A DNA stretch of 64,000 bases, taken from an uncultured cyanobacterium (GTDB taxonomy: Bacteria > Cyanobacteriota > Cyanobacteriia > Cyanobacteriales > CAWCAG01). Positions 40,242 to 50,400 of this stretch are shown here, in pieces. The stretch covers positions 832,001 to 896,000 of the forward strand of contig CAWCAG010000007.1 in NCBI GenBank assembly GCA_963793425.1. Direction: 5' to 3'. Both the position numbers and the translations under genes were made by a program. Under the pieces are notes generated by a model. It had not been told where the DNA came from. It searched no databases and worked only from the letters and a program-made list of their open reading frames with translations. Positions within the stretch are counted from its first letter, which is position 1, and every line of letters starts with the position of its first letter.

Positions 40242-40640
40242 AAGAAACATGATGAAAACCCTGTGTTTTTAAACCAGGGATGAAAGCTGATTGCAGGATT
40301 TATCCTGCCAGGAAATGATATAATTGCTTAAACAGGAACGGTAATTAACCTGTCTAAAAACCCAACTGCCTAGAGGCAATCTGTACCTTGACAACTGAAG
40401 ATATGGGGTTCTATTCCATAGTTCTAGTTCCTACCCAGGAATAGGTAAAATCTTCATGGGATCTAGGCGACGCAGAATTTAAGTAAAATAAATTTTTGGA
40501 GTAATCCAACTACCGAGGGACACTCGGAAAGTTAACGATCGAGGAGAGAACCACCTCTGGATTAGATACCGCAAGGGGTCTAATCCAAGTGGACTCGTTG
40601 AACCGAGAATCTCCGTGGCTAAAGCTATGGAGAGTGTCAA
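40242..40640 (+). mobile_element. Non-autonomous IS200/IS605-family element (tnpA and tnpB absent) retaining both ends
   Basis: Follows TTAT at 40238-40241; left-end hairpin CCCTGTGTTTTTAAACCAGGG (40259-40279); right end GAAT, hairpin CTCCGTGGCTAAAGCTATGGAG (40611-40632), then AGTGTCAA; no target duplication, no terminal inverted repeats, no ORF. Confidence 0.85.
40316..40324 (+). promoter_or_regulatory. Extended -10 promoter inside the element
   Basis: TGATATAAT is a perfect TGnTATAAT. Confidence 0.7.
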
Positions 40641-40660
40641 GAAGACATTAATCTAACCCA
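40509..40660 (+). ncRNA. TnpB omega-RNA (reRNA) scaffold plus flank-derived guide
   Basis: Residual TnpB-like C-terminal codons TTEGHSES* (40509-40535); hairpins CCGAG-GGACA-CTCGG and TGGATTAGA..GCAA..TCTAATCCA; right-end hairpin and terminal TCAA at 40637-40640; predicted guide GAAGACATTAATCTAACCCA. Confidence 0.7.
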
Positions 40661-40686
40661 TGATGGCTAGATATTTCCCATAACCT

Positions 40687-41802
40687 ATGTCCCTCAAAAC
40701 TCAAAGCCAACAAATCAACAAAGCCTTAACCTTATACGAGTCTTCCCAAGGTTCCTACGATTTTCATATTTCCTCCCTCTTTATAACTAAACAAGAAGAG
40801 GAAATTATCGAATGTCGCCTCACTTTACAAATTAGCTTAGAAACTTATCAACATATCAACAGCAACGCCCTATTCAACCTCAAACCAGAAATACGCAATT
40901 CTGCTACTACAAAGTTTCAACCTTCCCCTGAAATCCACCTTGAAGCCTCCCTTAAACCTGATTTATTACAACAACTAGCAAAACAGGTTGCAAATATTGT
41001 AGAAGCTGTCAACTATCTTTTACTTCTAAGCAAAGAACAAACCTACAATCCCTTACTATGCACAGAAAGTTGGCTTGCACTTTCTGTTAAGCAGCAACAA
41101 GAGTCTGGGGAAATAGGCTACCGTACCTTCTGGTCTTATGTTAGCCCTCAAGCCCTTGCCCAAGCAAGTATTTCCGATTCTGGCGAAGAAATTTCTGAGG
41201 CTGTTGTTAACTTTTTTCAAGAGTGGACAGAATCCCACCTATCAGCAGCAACCCAGCAAACCACCTCTCAAATGTTGGATGGCATCACCAACTTTTTCAC
41301 TCAATTAGCGGATACTGCTGTGGATAAGTTTGCTGAAGTTGCCACAGCCAAGAGCAAGATTTTTGAGGAGATGGTAGATTTCTTCAGCCAAGAAGATTGG
41401 CAATTTACTTCAGTAAAAGGACAAACAATTCTACATTTAGCCTGCCAGGGTAAAAATGGGCAATGGGATTGCTTTGCAACTGCTAAAGAAGAACAACAAC
41501 AGTTCGTTTTTTATTCCCTCTGTCCTATTAAAGCACCAAAGAAGAAGCGTAGGCAATTAGGAGAATTTGTTTGTCGAGCCAATTATAGTGCAGTTATCGG
41601 CAACTTTGAATTAGATTTTAATGACGGAGAAATTCGCTACAAAACCAGCATTGATGTCGAAGGGGATTCCCTTAGTTTTTCCCTCATCAAACAAATGGTT
41701 TACGCTAATGTCACTATGATGGATGAATATTTGCCAGGGATTATAGCAGTGATTGAGGGTGAAGCCTCCCTAGAAGAAGCTATTGCTAAAATCGAAACCT
41801 AA
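40687..41802 (+). CDS. YbjN-domain (CesT/type III chaperone-like fold) protein with an N-terminal extension
   Basis: C-terminal FVFYS..P...EFVCRANY..IGNFELDFNDGEIRYKTSID motif. Confidence 0.8.
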   Translation: MSLKTQSQQINKALTLYESSQGSYDFHISSLFITKQEEEIIECRLTLQISLETYQHINSNALFNLKPEIRNSATTKFQPSPEIHLEASLKPDLLQQLAKQVANIVEAVNYLLLLSKEQTYNPLLCTESWLALSVKQQQESGEIGYRTFWSYVSPQALAQASISDSGEEISEAVVNFFQEWTESHLSAATQQTTSQMLDGITNFFTQLADTAVDKFAEVATAKSKIFEEMVDFFSQEDWQFTSVKGQTILHLACQGKNGQWDCFATAKEEQQQFVFYSLCPIKAPKKKRRQLGEFVCRANYSAVIGNFELDFNDGEIRYKTSIDVEGDSLSFSLIKQMVYANVTMMDEYLPGIIAVIEGEASLEEAIAKIET

Positions 41803-41819
41803 TACCATTATTCCTCCAG

Positions 41820-42818
41820 TCACCTCGTCACCTTGATTTTAGCTAAATAAATGAAGAAGGGGCCACCCACCAAGGCTGTCATAATACCGACAGGTATTTC
41901 TTGGGGTTGCAGGATTAATCTGGCAGCAATGTCTGATGCTAATAGTAAGATGGCTCCAAACAAGGCGCTATAGGGTAAAATCCACCGATAATCTACCCCC
42001 ACCACAAAGCGAACTATATGGGGTACAACTAAACCAATAAAACCGATTGCACCCGCAACGGCAACACCACTACCAGCTAATAAAATAACACAACCCAAAG
42101 CAACAATTTTTACTAAAGCAGTTTGCTGCCCTAATCCCTTGGCTACGTCTTCTCCTAAGCTAATAATCGTGATTTGCTGCCCTATAATTAAAGCTAAAAC
42201 CATCCCTATGGCTACGTAAGGGAGAATTTTCCAAATGAGGTTAGCATCCACCCCGGCTAAGGAACCCGCTAACCAAAAACGAATTTCTTCTAGGGTGCGT
42301 TGACTAATGATTAAGATAGCAGTGGTGAGGGAAGCTAGGAAAGCGCTAATGGCTGCACCAGCAATGGTAAGGTTGAGGGGAGTAAGACCACTACGCCCTA
42401 AAGAAGCAAAGCAGTAAACACTAATGGCTGTGATGCCAGCCCCTGCAAAGGCAAACCAAAGATAAAGACTTGGTGATGCTGCCCCGCCCCAAAAGATTGC
42501 TAGGACTACAGCTAGGGCTGCCCCAGCGTTGATGCCTAAGATACCAGGATCAGCTAAGGGATTGCGAGTTATACCTTGCATAATTGCCCCAGAAGTTGAG
42601 ATGGCTGCACCCACAATTATTGCAGTTAGGGATCTGGGTAAGCGAATGCTACGGATAATTAAATGTTCTGTGGAATCGTCAAAGGCAATGAGGGCTTGAT
42701 AAACACTTTTCCTAGGGATATCCGTTGCCCCAAAAGAAATACTCAGCCACAAACAGCTTAAGAGTATTATCAGTCCTATAATTAAGCCATAAACTCTTTT
42801 CTGCACCTGATTACCCAT
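41820..42818 (-). CDS. FecCD-family iron-siderophore ABC transporter permease
   Basis: IRLPRS, MQGITRNPLADPGILGINAGA, LGEDVAKGLG, GFIGLVVPHIVR. Confidence 0.93.
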   Translation of the reverse strand: MGNQVQKRVYGLIIGLIILLSCLWLSISFGATDIPRKSVYQALIAFDDSTEHLIIRSIRLPRSLTAIIVGAAISTSGAIMQGITRNPLADPGILGINAGAALAVVLAIFWGGAASPSLYLWFAFAGAGITAISVYCFASLGRSGLTPLNLTIAGAAISAFLASLTTAILIISQRTLEEIRFWLAGSLAGVDANLIWKILPYVAIGMVLALIIGQQITIISLGEDVAKGLGQQTALVKIVALGCVILLAGSGVAVAGAIGFIGLVVPHIVRFVVGVDYRWILPYSALFGAILLLASDIAARLILQPQEIPVGIMTALVGGPFFIYLAKIKVTR

Positions 42819-43006
42819 TACTAGGGTTTTTTAACCAAAGAAAGGAAGAGATTAGGGGATGTACAATGAGTATACCCAAGGTAAAACACCAAAGAAGACT
42901 GATGGAACTGTAAAACCAGACAAAGAAGAAATAAAATAATCCGGCGATCTCACTAAACAACCCTACTCCTATTTACGGGTACATTCATAATTCCCTCATT
43001 CTCTAT

Positions 43007-44854
43007 TTAACTCAAACTAGGACGCTTTGCAGCAGTAGGAAACATGGCTTTAAAACCAGATTGACGTTGTTCGGCTGGTTCCTCGCTTAAGTTCCACAGG
43101 CTTTCATAAAAGAAGAAGGAAACTCCTGCAAAGTTTTGTTCTCGAACGGTTTGTACTTGTTGTTGAATATTTTTTAAAGGAATGGGAATGGGTTTAATGC
43201 CAGATAAAATACCAATGCCTGTGGGAATATGATTTTTCGCTACTTGCAAGCTTGGATGTGCTAATTCTTGCTTAAATCTCTCTAGATCCCGGCGGTAAAC
43301 TTGCACAATTAATTCTTCGATGTAGCCTTCTCTTTCCCAAGTATGCCAATCTTGTAAGTACTTTTCGTAGGCAAATTCATGAGGGTTAGGAGAAAGTCCG
43401 ACTAATACAGCCGGTTTGGTTTTTTTGACCGCTTGGAATACTTGTTTAAATGAGTTGGTGATTTTCCCTGCTCGCCAACGCATCCATTCTGGATCTTCGT
43501 AGTTATTGGGAGGAAGTTTGCCGTTATGTTCCTGTTGATATAACTTAATGCTGAAGGAGTCGTAACCAAAATCGGAAGGGATGCCGAAATGGTCATCAAA
43601 CTGAATGCCATCTATGTCATAGTTGCTGACAACCTCGACAACTAAATCAGTGATAAATTTTTGTACTTCCGGATGGAGAGGGTTAAGCCATACCCTTTCG
43701 TGAACATTCCCTTCTAACCAAATCTTGTCCCCATCGAGGCGATTAGTTAGCCAGTCAGGATGGCGTTTTGCTAATTCTGAGTCCGCAGGGGCCATGAAAC
43801 CAAACTCAAACCAAGGTATTACATCCATGGCAGGGCTAAGATCCCGCTTGATAGAGATAACTTCTTGCAGCATATCCCGATTTTGCAATCCTGGTTCGGG
43901 GTCAAGTTTTTGACCAATAACTCTTTGGGCTACTTGACTAGGATAGAGGGTGTAGCCCCAATTCCAAACTGTGGGGTAAAGGGTATTAAAATTTAACTGA
44001 TCTAAAGTGCTAATGGCTTGGGCGAGGCGACTACGAGAGAAGAGGACATCGCTATCAATGTTAGTTAACCACACTCCCCTTAACTCCATTGGTTGGCTGG
44101 GCAGAGTGCCAGCTACATATTGTTCCGGAATAACTTGTTGATAGCCCAAAGCCTGACACAAAAAGGCTGCTACTTCCCCCCGGCTAGCTAATTTTTGGGG
44201 TTGGAGTTGACGAACATTAGGATAGTTAACTACTAACTTTTTTTCAGTGGCTGCTGCGATCGCCTCTTTGGCATAGGGCGGAATTTGGTTAGCATCAGCA
44301 AAGGCATTGTTCAAGATGCCATCTACTTCTGCGGTGGAAGGAACTTGATTCAACCCAGCAACTAAAGCAAGCAAAACCTCTACTCTAGGAATATTTTTGT
44401 CCGGTTGAAATGTACCGTCAGGATAGCCAACCAGAAACCCGGTCTGTACTGCCCGACTGATGGGAGGAATTGCCCAATAATTAGGGCTAAGATCCCTAAA
44501 TTCCCTGGCGCTGCGGATGTTTTCTGCTTTGGAAAAAGCCTTACTAACAATGGCAGCAAACTCTGCCCTGGTGACAGGTAAGTTGGGTTTGAAACTACCA
44601 TCAGGATAGCCACTGATAATCTTTTGTTGGGCTAATTGTTGAACACAAGACTTACCCCAATAACCTTGGATGTCATTTAAAACGACTTGGGAACTGGCAG
44701 GAGGTAACTTGATAGTCGTTACGACAAGACTAAAGATGACCAGAAAAATTAGCCAAGCTTTACGCCCAAAGCGACGGCTAAAGAAAATTAATTTATCTAT
44801 ACAAAAAGTAAAAAGCTGAGAAATAGATTGTTTCATCTCTCCTTTATATTTCAT
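43007..44854 (-). CDS. SLH-domain protein with GHL10/DUF187 (GH10-like) glycoside hydrolase domain
   Basis: SLH repeats (ISGYPDGSFKP..TRAE, VGYPDGTFQP), then ELRGVWLT, PWFEFG, DGIQFDDHFG. Confidence 0.9.
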   Translation of the reverse strand: MKYKGEMKQSISQLFTFCIDKLIFFSRRFGRKAWLIFLVIFSLVVTTIKLPPASSQVVLNDIQGYWGKSCVQQLAQQKIISGYPDGSFKPNLPVTRAEFAAIVSKAFSKAENIRSAREFRDLSPNYWAIPPISRAVQTGFLVGYPDGTFQPDKNIPRVEVLLALVAGLNQVPSTAEVDGILNNAFADANQIPPYAKEAIAAATEKKLVVNYPNVRQLQPQKLASRGEVAAFLCQALGYQQVIPEQYVAGTLPSQPMELRGVWLTNIDSDVLFSRSRLAQAISTLDQLNFNTLYPTVWNWGYTLYPSQVAQRVIGQKLDPEPGLQNRDMLQEVISIKRDLSPAMDVIPWFEFGFMAPADSELAKRHPDWLTNRLDGDKIWLEGNVHERVWLNPLHPEVQKFITDLVVEVVSNYDIDGIQFDDHFGIPSDFGYDSFSIKLYQQEHNGKLPPNNYEDPEWMRWRAGKITNSFKQVFQAVKKTKPAVLVGLSPNPHEFAYEKYLQDWHTWEREGYIEELIVQVYRRDLERFKQELAHPSLQVAKNHIPTGIGILSGIKPIPIPLKNIQQQVQTVREQNFAGVSFFFYESLWNLSEEPAEQRQSGFKAMFPTAAKRPSLS

Positions 44855-45206
44855 ACTTGACGCTTCCTTAATAATTAGAGCCTAACTTCACATTCTCAAT
44901 TTTCCAAGCCTATAGTAGTTTTTTAGACTATTTATTGTGTCAGATGTTGCTATATTTAAACCTATTTTGGGGTAAGTTAGGGCCATGGTAAGAATAAGTA
45001 CGGAAAAGATGAGCTAAGTTAAACCAATCTACCTAATAGAAAATGCTTATTCATTTTGATAGCTTTTTCAGTTATCTTTCTAGAAAATCAACCTGAATTT
45101 AGGTTTAAGTAGAGCTTGTGCTTTAAATTACCATCTATTCCTAAAAGCAGATCCTGGCTGTAAATTTGCCAGATATTGAGTCAAAAAACACTCCTAACAG
45201 CAACTA

Positions 45207-45764
45207 ATGGTTAGTAATTCCGAACGCTTTTTTCCTCCGGAAAACGGTTTTCATCATTCCCCAACCAGCCTTTCTTCGGAAAACGAGCGATCGCTCCACC
45301 GTTTAAATAGAGCAATTAGCCTTTCTCAAGGAGAATTTTCCTTGATTTTATGTGTTTGTAATCGACCTGCTTTAAGGAGAAAGGTAACTAAGCAACTCCA
45401 AAATATTTCACCTTTAAAAGTTAGCGAATTAACTTTACATCCTTCGGTAAATACACTTTTTTCTACAGTTCAAACTGCCTTACAAAACCAATCTCCCGAT
45501 GCCCTAGTAATTTTAGGCTTGGAATCGGTGGTTAATCTTGATGACTTACTGAGTTCCACTAATTTAGTTCGAGAGTTATTTGCTCAGAAATTTGCTTTTC
45601 CCCTGGTTTTGTGGGTGAACGACGATACGTTAATAAAATTGACACGTATCTATACTGATTTTAGAAGTTGGGGGGGGAGTTCAATTCGCTTTGAAGTTTC
45701 CTGTTCCCAGGATGCTCCCCAAAATCATTATTGGCCCTTACAATATCAAATTGTTACAGGTTAG
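45207..45764 (+). CDS. Hypothetical protein resembling the N-terminal module of cyanobacterial STAND/WD40/TPR proteins
   Basis: NERSLHRLNRAISLSQGEFSLIL..ILGLESV..NLVRELF..FPLVLWVND..DFRSW. Confidence 0.65.
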   Translation: MVSNSERFFPPENGFHHSPTSLSSENERSLHRLNRAISLSQGEFSLILCVCNRPALRRKVTKQLQNISPLKVSELTLHPSVNTLFSTVQTALQNQSPDALVILGLESVVNLDDLLSSTNLVRELFAQKFAFPLVLWVNDDTLIKLTRIYTDFRSWGGSSIRFEVSCSQDAPQNHYWPLQYQIVTG

Positions 45765-46573
45765 GTTTTTATTAAAGGCGATACGGTTTGGGAATCTGTC
45801 CAAGGGAAAGATTTGTATTTGAAATAAAAACCTAAAATCACAAAGGCGAGAATAACTAAGCTGCCAATACCAATAGTACTAGGAAGCCAGAAAAGAGCTT
45901 CAATATGATTCACCTCACCGGGCTGTAGCTTCCAAACTAAGCTCGAACCATCCTTTTGAGCAGGAATCAAAGCATTTGTCTCTTGTGCAACGCTACGAGC
46001 GCCCCAGGGGGTATTCAGAACAAATTCTAGATTGATCAATGAACCAGGGCTAACGGCTACATTGGTGTTGGAGTTAAGAAAATCTAAGGCACGCAAATCT
46101 AAATCTAAACTTAAGCGGTTACGTTGGAATAAAAGCCAGTTGTTTTGCTTGATCTCCATTTGTGATTTTAGTTGTACCAAATCCAAATTATCTTGAGCCA
46201 CAGTTTGGGGGGTTTGTTCTGGGTTTGGGTTAAAAAATTGGTTAAACTTCTTAGCTAAGTCCTGGGCATTATAAAAGGGAATGGTGGCAACAATTTCCTG
46301 GTCAGAAATGCGCTCTGTTTTGCCTTGAAGCTCCTGTGTTCTTTGTTTAATACTATCTAACCATTGTTGCGCCTCAGACTGGCTAAAATTGGCTAATTGA
46401 TCACTAAGTTTAATATGTTGAACAATTTCTCCTTGATGCAAACCAGCAAAATTGACTCCGAGATCGTATCTTACGCAACCGGATAAAAGTAAGGTGATGA
46501 GAAAAACTAAGGCGAAAAAAAGAGAACGATAGGGAAAAAAATGCGGCTCACGGGATTTGGTTTCAATAATCAT
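45761..46573 (-). CDS. DUF3153 family lipoprotein with C-terminal TM
   Basis: Lipobox LLSGC, WKLQPGEVNHIEALFWLPS, C-terminal TM. Confidence 0.8.
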   Translation of the reverse strand: MIIETKSREPHFFPYRSLFFALVFLITLLLSGCVRYDLGVNFAGLHQGEIVQHIKLSDQLANFSQSEAQQWLDSIKQRTQELQGKTERISDQEIVATIPFYNAQDLAKKFNQFFNPNPEQTPQTVAQDNLDLVQLKSQMEIKQNNWLLFQRNRLSLDLDLRALDFLNSNTNVAVSPGSLINLEFVLNTPWGARSVAQETNALIPAQKDGSSLVWKLQPGEVNHIEALFWLPSTIGIGSLVILAFVILGFYFKYKSFPWTDSQTVSPLIKT

Positions 46574-46713
46574 AATTATTAGGTGATGTGAACTTCTTCT
46601 TTAAGCTTGCCAGAAGAAAATTTTACCAAACAATATCTCTTTGTGGACAGAAGCAGAATGTGAGAAAAGTTTGCTTTAATATCTCTGAGCTTAACTAGTA
46701 TGAAATAGAAAAG

Positions 46714-47472
46714 ATGCCTAATCAACCTAAAAATGACGATGTTGTTCTCGGCGGCAATTTCTACAAAGGCGGTGCTGTGTTAGGAGGTATAGAGGGCTTA
46801 AAAAGACGCTTAAACCACCAAGCTTGGCAAGTTAGAACAACTGCTTTGTCAGAAGCGATCGCCTATAGGGATACAGGTTTAGACTTAGTGATTAATGCGC
46901 TGCAAGACAACTCTGTGCGAGTGAGACAAACTGCGTTGGCATTACTTCAGCAAAGCAGTGAACCGAAAGTAAAGCGAGCAGTTCAAAGCTATAGAAATTC
47001 TCTTAACATTATTAAAGAAGGTATAGGTTATAAAAAAGCTAAGTTAGGCATGAATCAACAACAAGTCCTAACTAACCTGGGTAAACCTGAGAAAATTAGG
47101 CGCTATGACAAAGGAAAAAGTCTTTATTACTGTTATTATAGCTTGGGTTTGAGTGTTCTTTTTATTCAAGATTTAGTAACAACTTTATTCTTTTATAGTG
47201 GCATTGCCGGAGGAAATATTAGAGGCAATTACCAAAGGTTTTCGGGGCAAACGGAGAGTTGTATTAACTTTAATTCTGATAACAAAGAGGTTATACAAAT
47301 TTATGGTGATCTCAAAGAACAAGAAGAGGAATTACTAGCTTCTATTCCTGGTATAAGAGTCTTTTATCCTTCTAAAGGCATTGGCTTTTATTTCGTTAAG
47401 TCAACCCAAGAGATAGTTTACATTTGGGTTAATGAAGTTTTTACCTCCGATTGGCTCTTGGAGCAAAGATGA
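46714..47472 (+). CDS. HEAT-repeat-like N-terminal module plus unknown C-terminal domain
   Basis: NQPKNDDVVLGG..AVLGGIEGLKRRL..GLDLVINALQD..VRQTA; second half LGMNQQQVLTNLGKPE. Confidence 0.7.
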   Translation: MPNQPKNDDVVLGGNFYKGGAVLGGIEGLKRRLNHQAWQVRTTALSEAIAYRDTGLDLVINALQDNSVRVRQTALALLQQSSEPKVKRAVQSYRNSLNIIKEGIGYKKAKLGMNQQQVLTNLGKPEKIRRYDKGKSLYYCYYSLGLSVLFIQDLVTTLFFYSGIAGGNIRGNYQRFSGQTESCINFNSDNKEVIQIYGDLKEQEEELLASIPGIRVFYPSKGIGFYFVKSTQEIVYIWVNEVFTSDWLLEQR

Positions 47473-47481
47473 TTTCATTGA

Positions 47482-50400
47482 TCATTTATCTGATAGCTGT
47501 GTGATAGCTAAACTAACTATTTGCCAAGGTAAGATTTCTTCTTTTTCTTCTTTTTCTTCTTCCAAAGGTCGTTCTAAACAATCTATATAACCTGCCATCG
47601 CAACTGATAAATAACCTTGCAAATTCAATCTAGTTGTCTTACCTTGAGACTCATAACAGCGTAATATCCAAGTATTTTTCTCTACTTCTGATTGCTTTAA
47701 GGCTATTAAAATTAAAGTGTCTCCTGATAAGTTTAATAGCTGACTTTCGGGAGATAAAGAAGCTGTTTTTATCACTTCAGTTGTCTTTGATAATAGAGGT
47801 TGCAAAGGTATATTCAGTTCGTAGCCTTTGTGTACCGTATCCGCTTCTTGCCAACTATTTTTATGGGGATAAATAGCGTAGGTGAAATGATGTTCTCCCC
47901 GATCTGATTGAGGATCTGGCCAATTAGGGGAACGAAGTAAAGAAAGACGAATTTGATTGGGTTTACTGTCGTAACCGTACTTACAATCATTAAGTAAACT
48001 TACCCCATAGTTTTGCGAATCATCAGTTAAGTCAGCCCACCTTAAAGCTGCTACTTCCCATTGAGCTTTTTCCGCTTCTGTTTTTGGTTGAGTAGTACGT
48101 TCAATTGCACCGCAAGCTATTTCATAAGTTGCGCTGTTGCTAGTTAAGTTTAAAGGGAATGCTGCTTTGACTAATACTTGATTTTCTTGCCAGTTAACCG
48201 TAGTCGCAATTTTTAAAACAGGCGAATTAATTTGCAGAATATAATCTTGAATAAATTCTGATTGACCGAACTTTTTAGTTACTCGAATACATTGTTGTAT
48301 TTCTCCTTTTTCTCGCCATTCCAGAGAAAGCAGTTGAGCAGGAGATAAAAGATGGTGTTCATAATTGGGGTCAATATTCCAAGCATCCCAATATTGCCCT
48401 TTATCTTGGAAAAATTGTAGTTGATTGCCTGGGCCATTCAATATTTCACAACCGTTACTTTTGTCATATATTTGTTCTATTTCTCCTGTTTCAGAATTGA
48501 TCACAATTTGCAAGCAATCATTTTCTAAAACAAACTCTTCACTATGTTGGACTTCTCTGTTTATATCTCCTTGACATAACCAAAAAAGCTGATAACCAAC
48601 ACCAGGAATATTTTCTGCAAAGAATAATAAATTACCTTCTGAGGATAACTGCGATTCCACTTCATTTCCTGTTGAATCATAAATTAACCAATTTCCTAAT
48701 GGTACTTCAACAGCAACAACTTCTGAACGTGACCAATTAAGAGAATTAAAAATAATTAAGGGTTGAGCATGAGGTTTAGGAGGAGTTGGTAAACTAATTT
48801 GTGCCGCAATTTTCTGTAAAGCTTTCTCTTTTATTTCTGCCCCAGTTTCCATTACTTTTTGCCAATTTTGATTAGCTTCGGTGAAAACAGGTGTTATGGA
48901 AGTTCCGGGTAAGATATCATGAAATTGATTAAACAAGACTTTTTTCCAAGCCTTTTCTAATTCTTGCTGAGGGTATGTTGATTTTGTGATTATGGTAGCT
49001 AAAGAAGACCAAAGTTCTGCTTCATAAAGTAAATCTTCACAGCGACGATTATAGCGTTTTTGCTCACCGTGGGTAGTATAGCAGCCACGGTGTAATTCCA
49101 AATAAAGCTCACTTTGCCAAATAGGAAGGGAATCTTTTTTACTAACCTGATTAAGATAATTCTCTGCTGTCGTAAATTTTAATTGAGGGAAAAAGGGCGA
49201 CTTTTGCCAACATCTTTGTACTTCTAACATATCTCGACTTGGGCCACCGCCATGATCTCCTACACCGGGTAGCCAAAAAATGTCTTGAATCTCTGTTTGT
49301 TGTTCCCATTCCACTGCATAATTAATTTGAGTCAGAGGATTAGTATCCATAACTCCGGTAACATTAGGAGGAGACATCAAAGTTGGCAACTGTGTCCCGT
49401 CTAATCCTTGCCAATAAAATAAACTATAGGGGAATTTAGTACTATCATTCCAATGCAGTTTTTGGGTAACAAAATATTCAATTCCACATTGCTTAAAAAT
49501 TTGCGGTAATTGCCAGGAAAAACCGAAACTATCAGTTAACCAAGCAATTTTAGTGATTTGACCAAACTTTTCCTTAGTATATTTTTGACCATAAAGTAAT
49601 TGACGAACTAGAGATTCTCCACTAGGAAGATTAACATCTGGCTCAACCCACATCCCTCCTAATACTTCCCACCAGCCAGCTTTAACAGCTTCTTGAATCT
49701 CCTTGAAAAGCTGAGGACGGTTTTTTTCTAACCATTGATAAAGAACAGGGCTAGTATGACAAAAAGTTAGTTCAGGAAAATCTAATTTTAGTTTCAGTAC
49801 CGAAGCAAATGTCCGTTGTGCTACCTCCCAAGTTTCCTCAACTTCCCATAACCAAGCCAAATCTAGATGAGCATGGGTTAGCATTTGAATGCAGCGTTGC
49901 TTTAAATTAATTGCTAAAGAGAGGAGGTTTTGACGTAATTTTAATAAGGCTTGGTTAAACTCTGCTTGGTTAGTAGCAACTTGCCAATTAAGCTTATCTA
50001 ATTCTGTGGCTAAAGCGCCTAATTTTTCTGGCTCAAACTTTGCTAAATATTTCTGTAAAACCAACATTTCTTGAGCCACGAAACCCGGATCTAATGGTGC
50101 TTCGTAAATACATTTTGAAGCCATCAAAGCACCAATATCATGCCCCGGACTCACTAAGCGAATAGCTATAACTAATTCTTCTTGAGGAGTTACAGATTCT
50201 CTTAATAATACCCGTGCTGAAGAATCAAATAAATCTCCTTCTTGTAATAGCTTCCCGTCCACAAAAATTTGTGCCTCTGCTGCCCACCAAGTTAAAGCCA
50301 GCCGTAAACTCAAACCAGCTAAAGGATAAATATCTAAACGATGAGGAATGGTAATCTTTTGGGCTAACCAAATAACTTGACTACCAGCCCCAAAAACAAT

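Noticed and set aside
40325..40509. Group I intron (IStron) or cobalamin riboswitch reading of the structured leader
   Set aside because: I could not find group I core motifs or a B12 box; left as an unclassified structured RNA
42814..42972. Hydrophobic ~50-codon open frame on the minus strand upstream of the FecCD gene
   Set aside because: No ATG, only a possible TTG start, and no recognisable motif; T-rich DNA readily gives such frames
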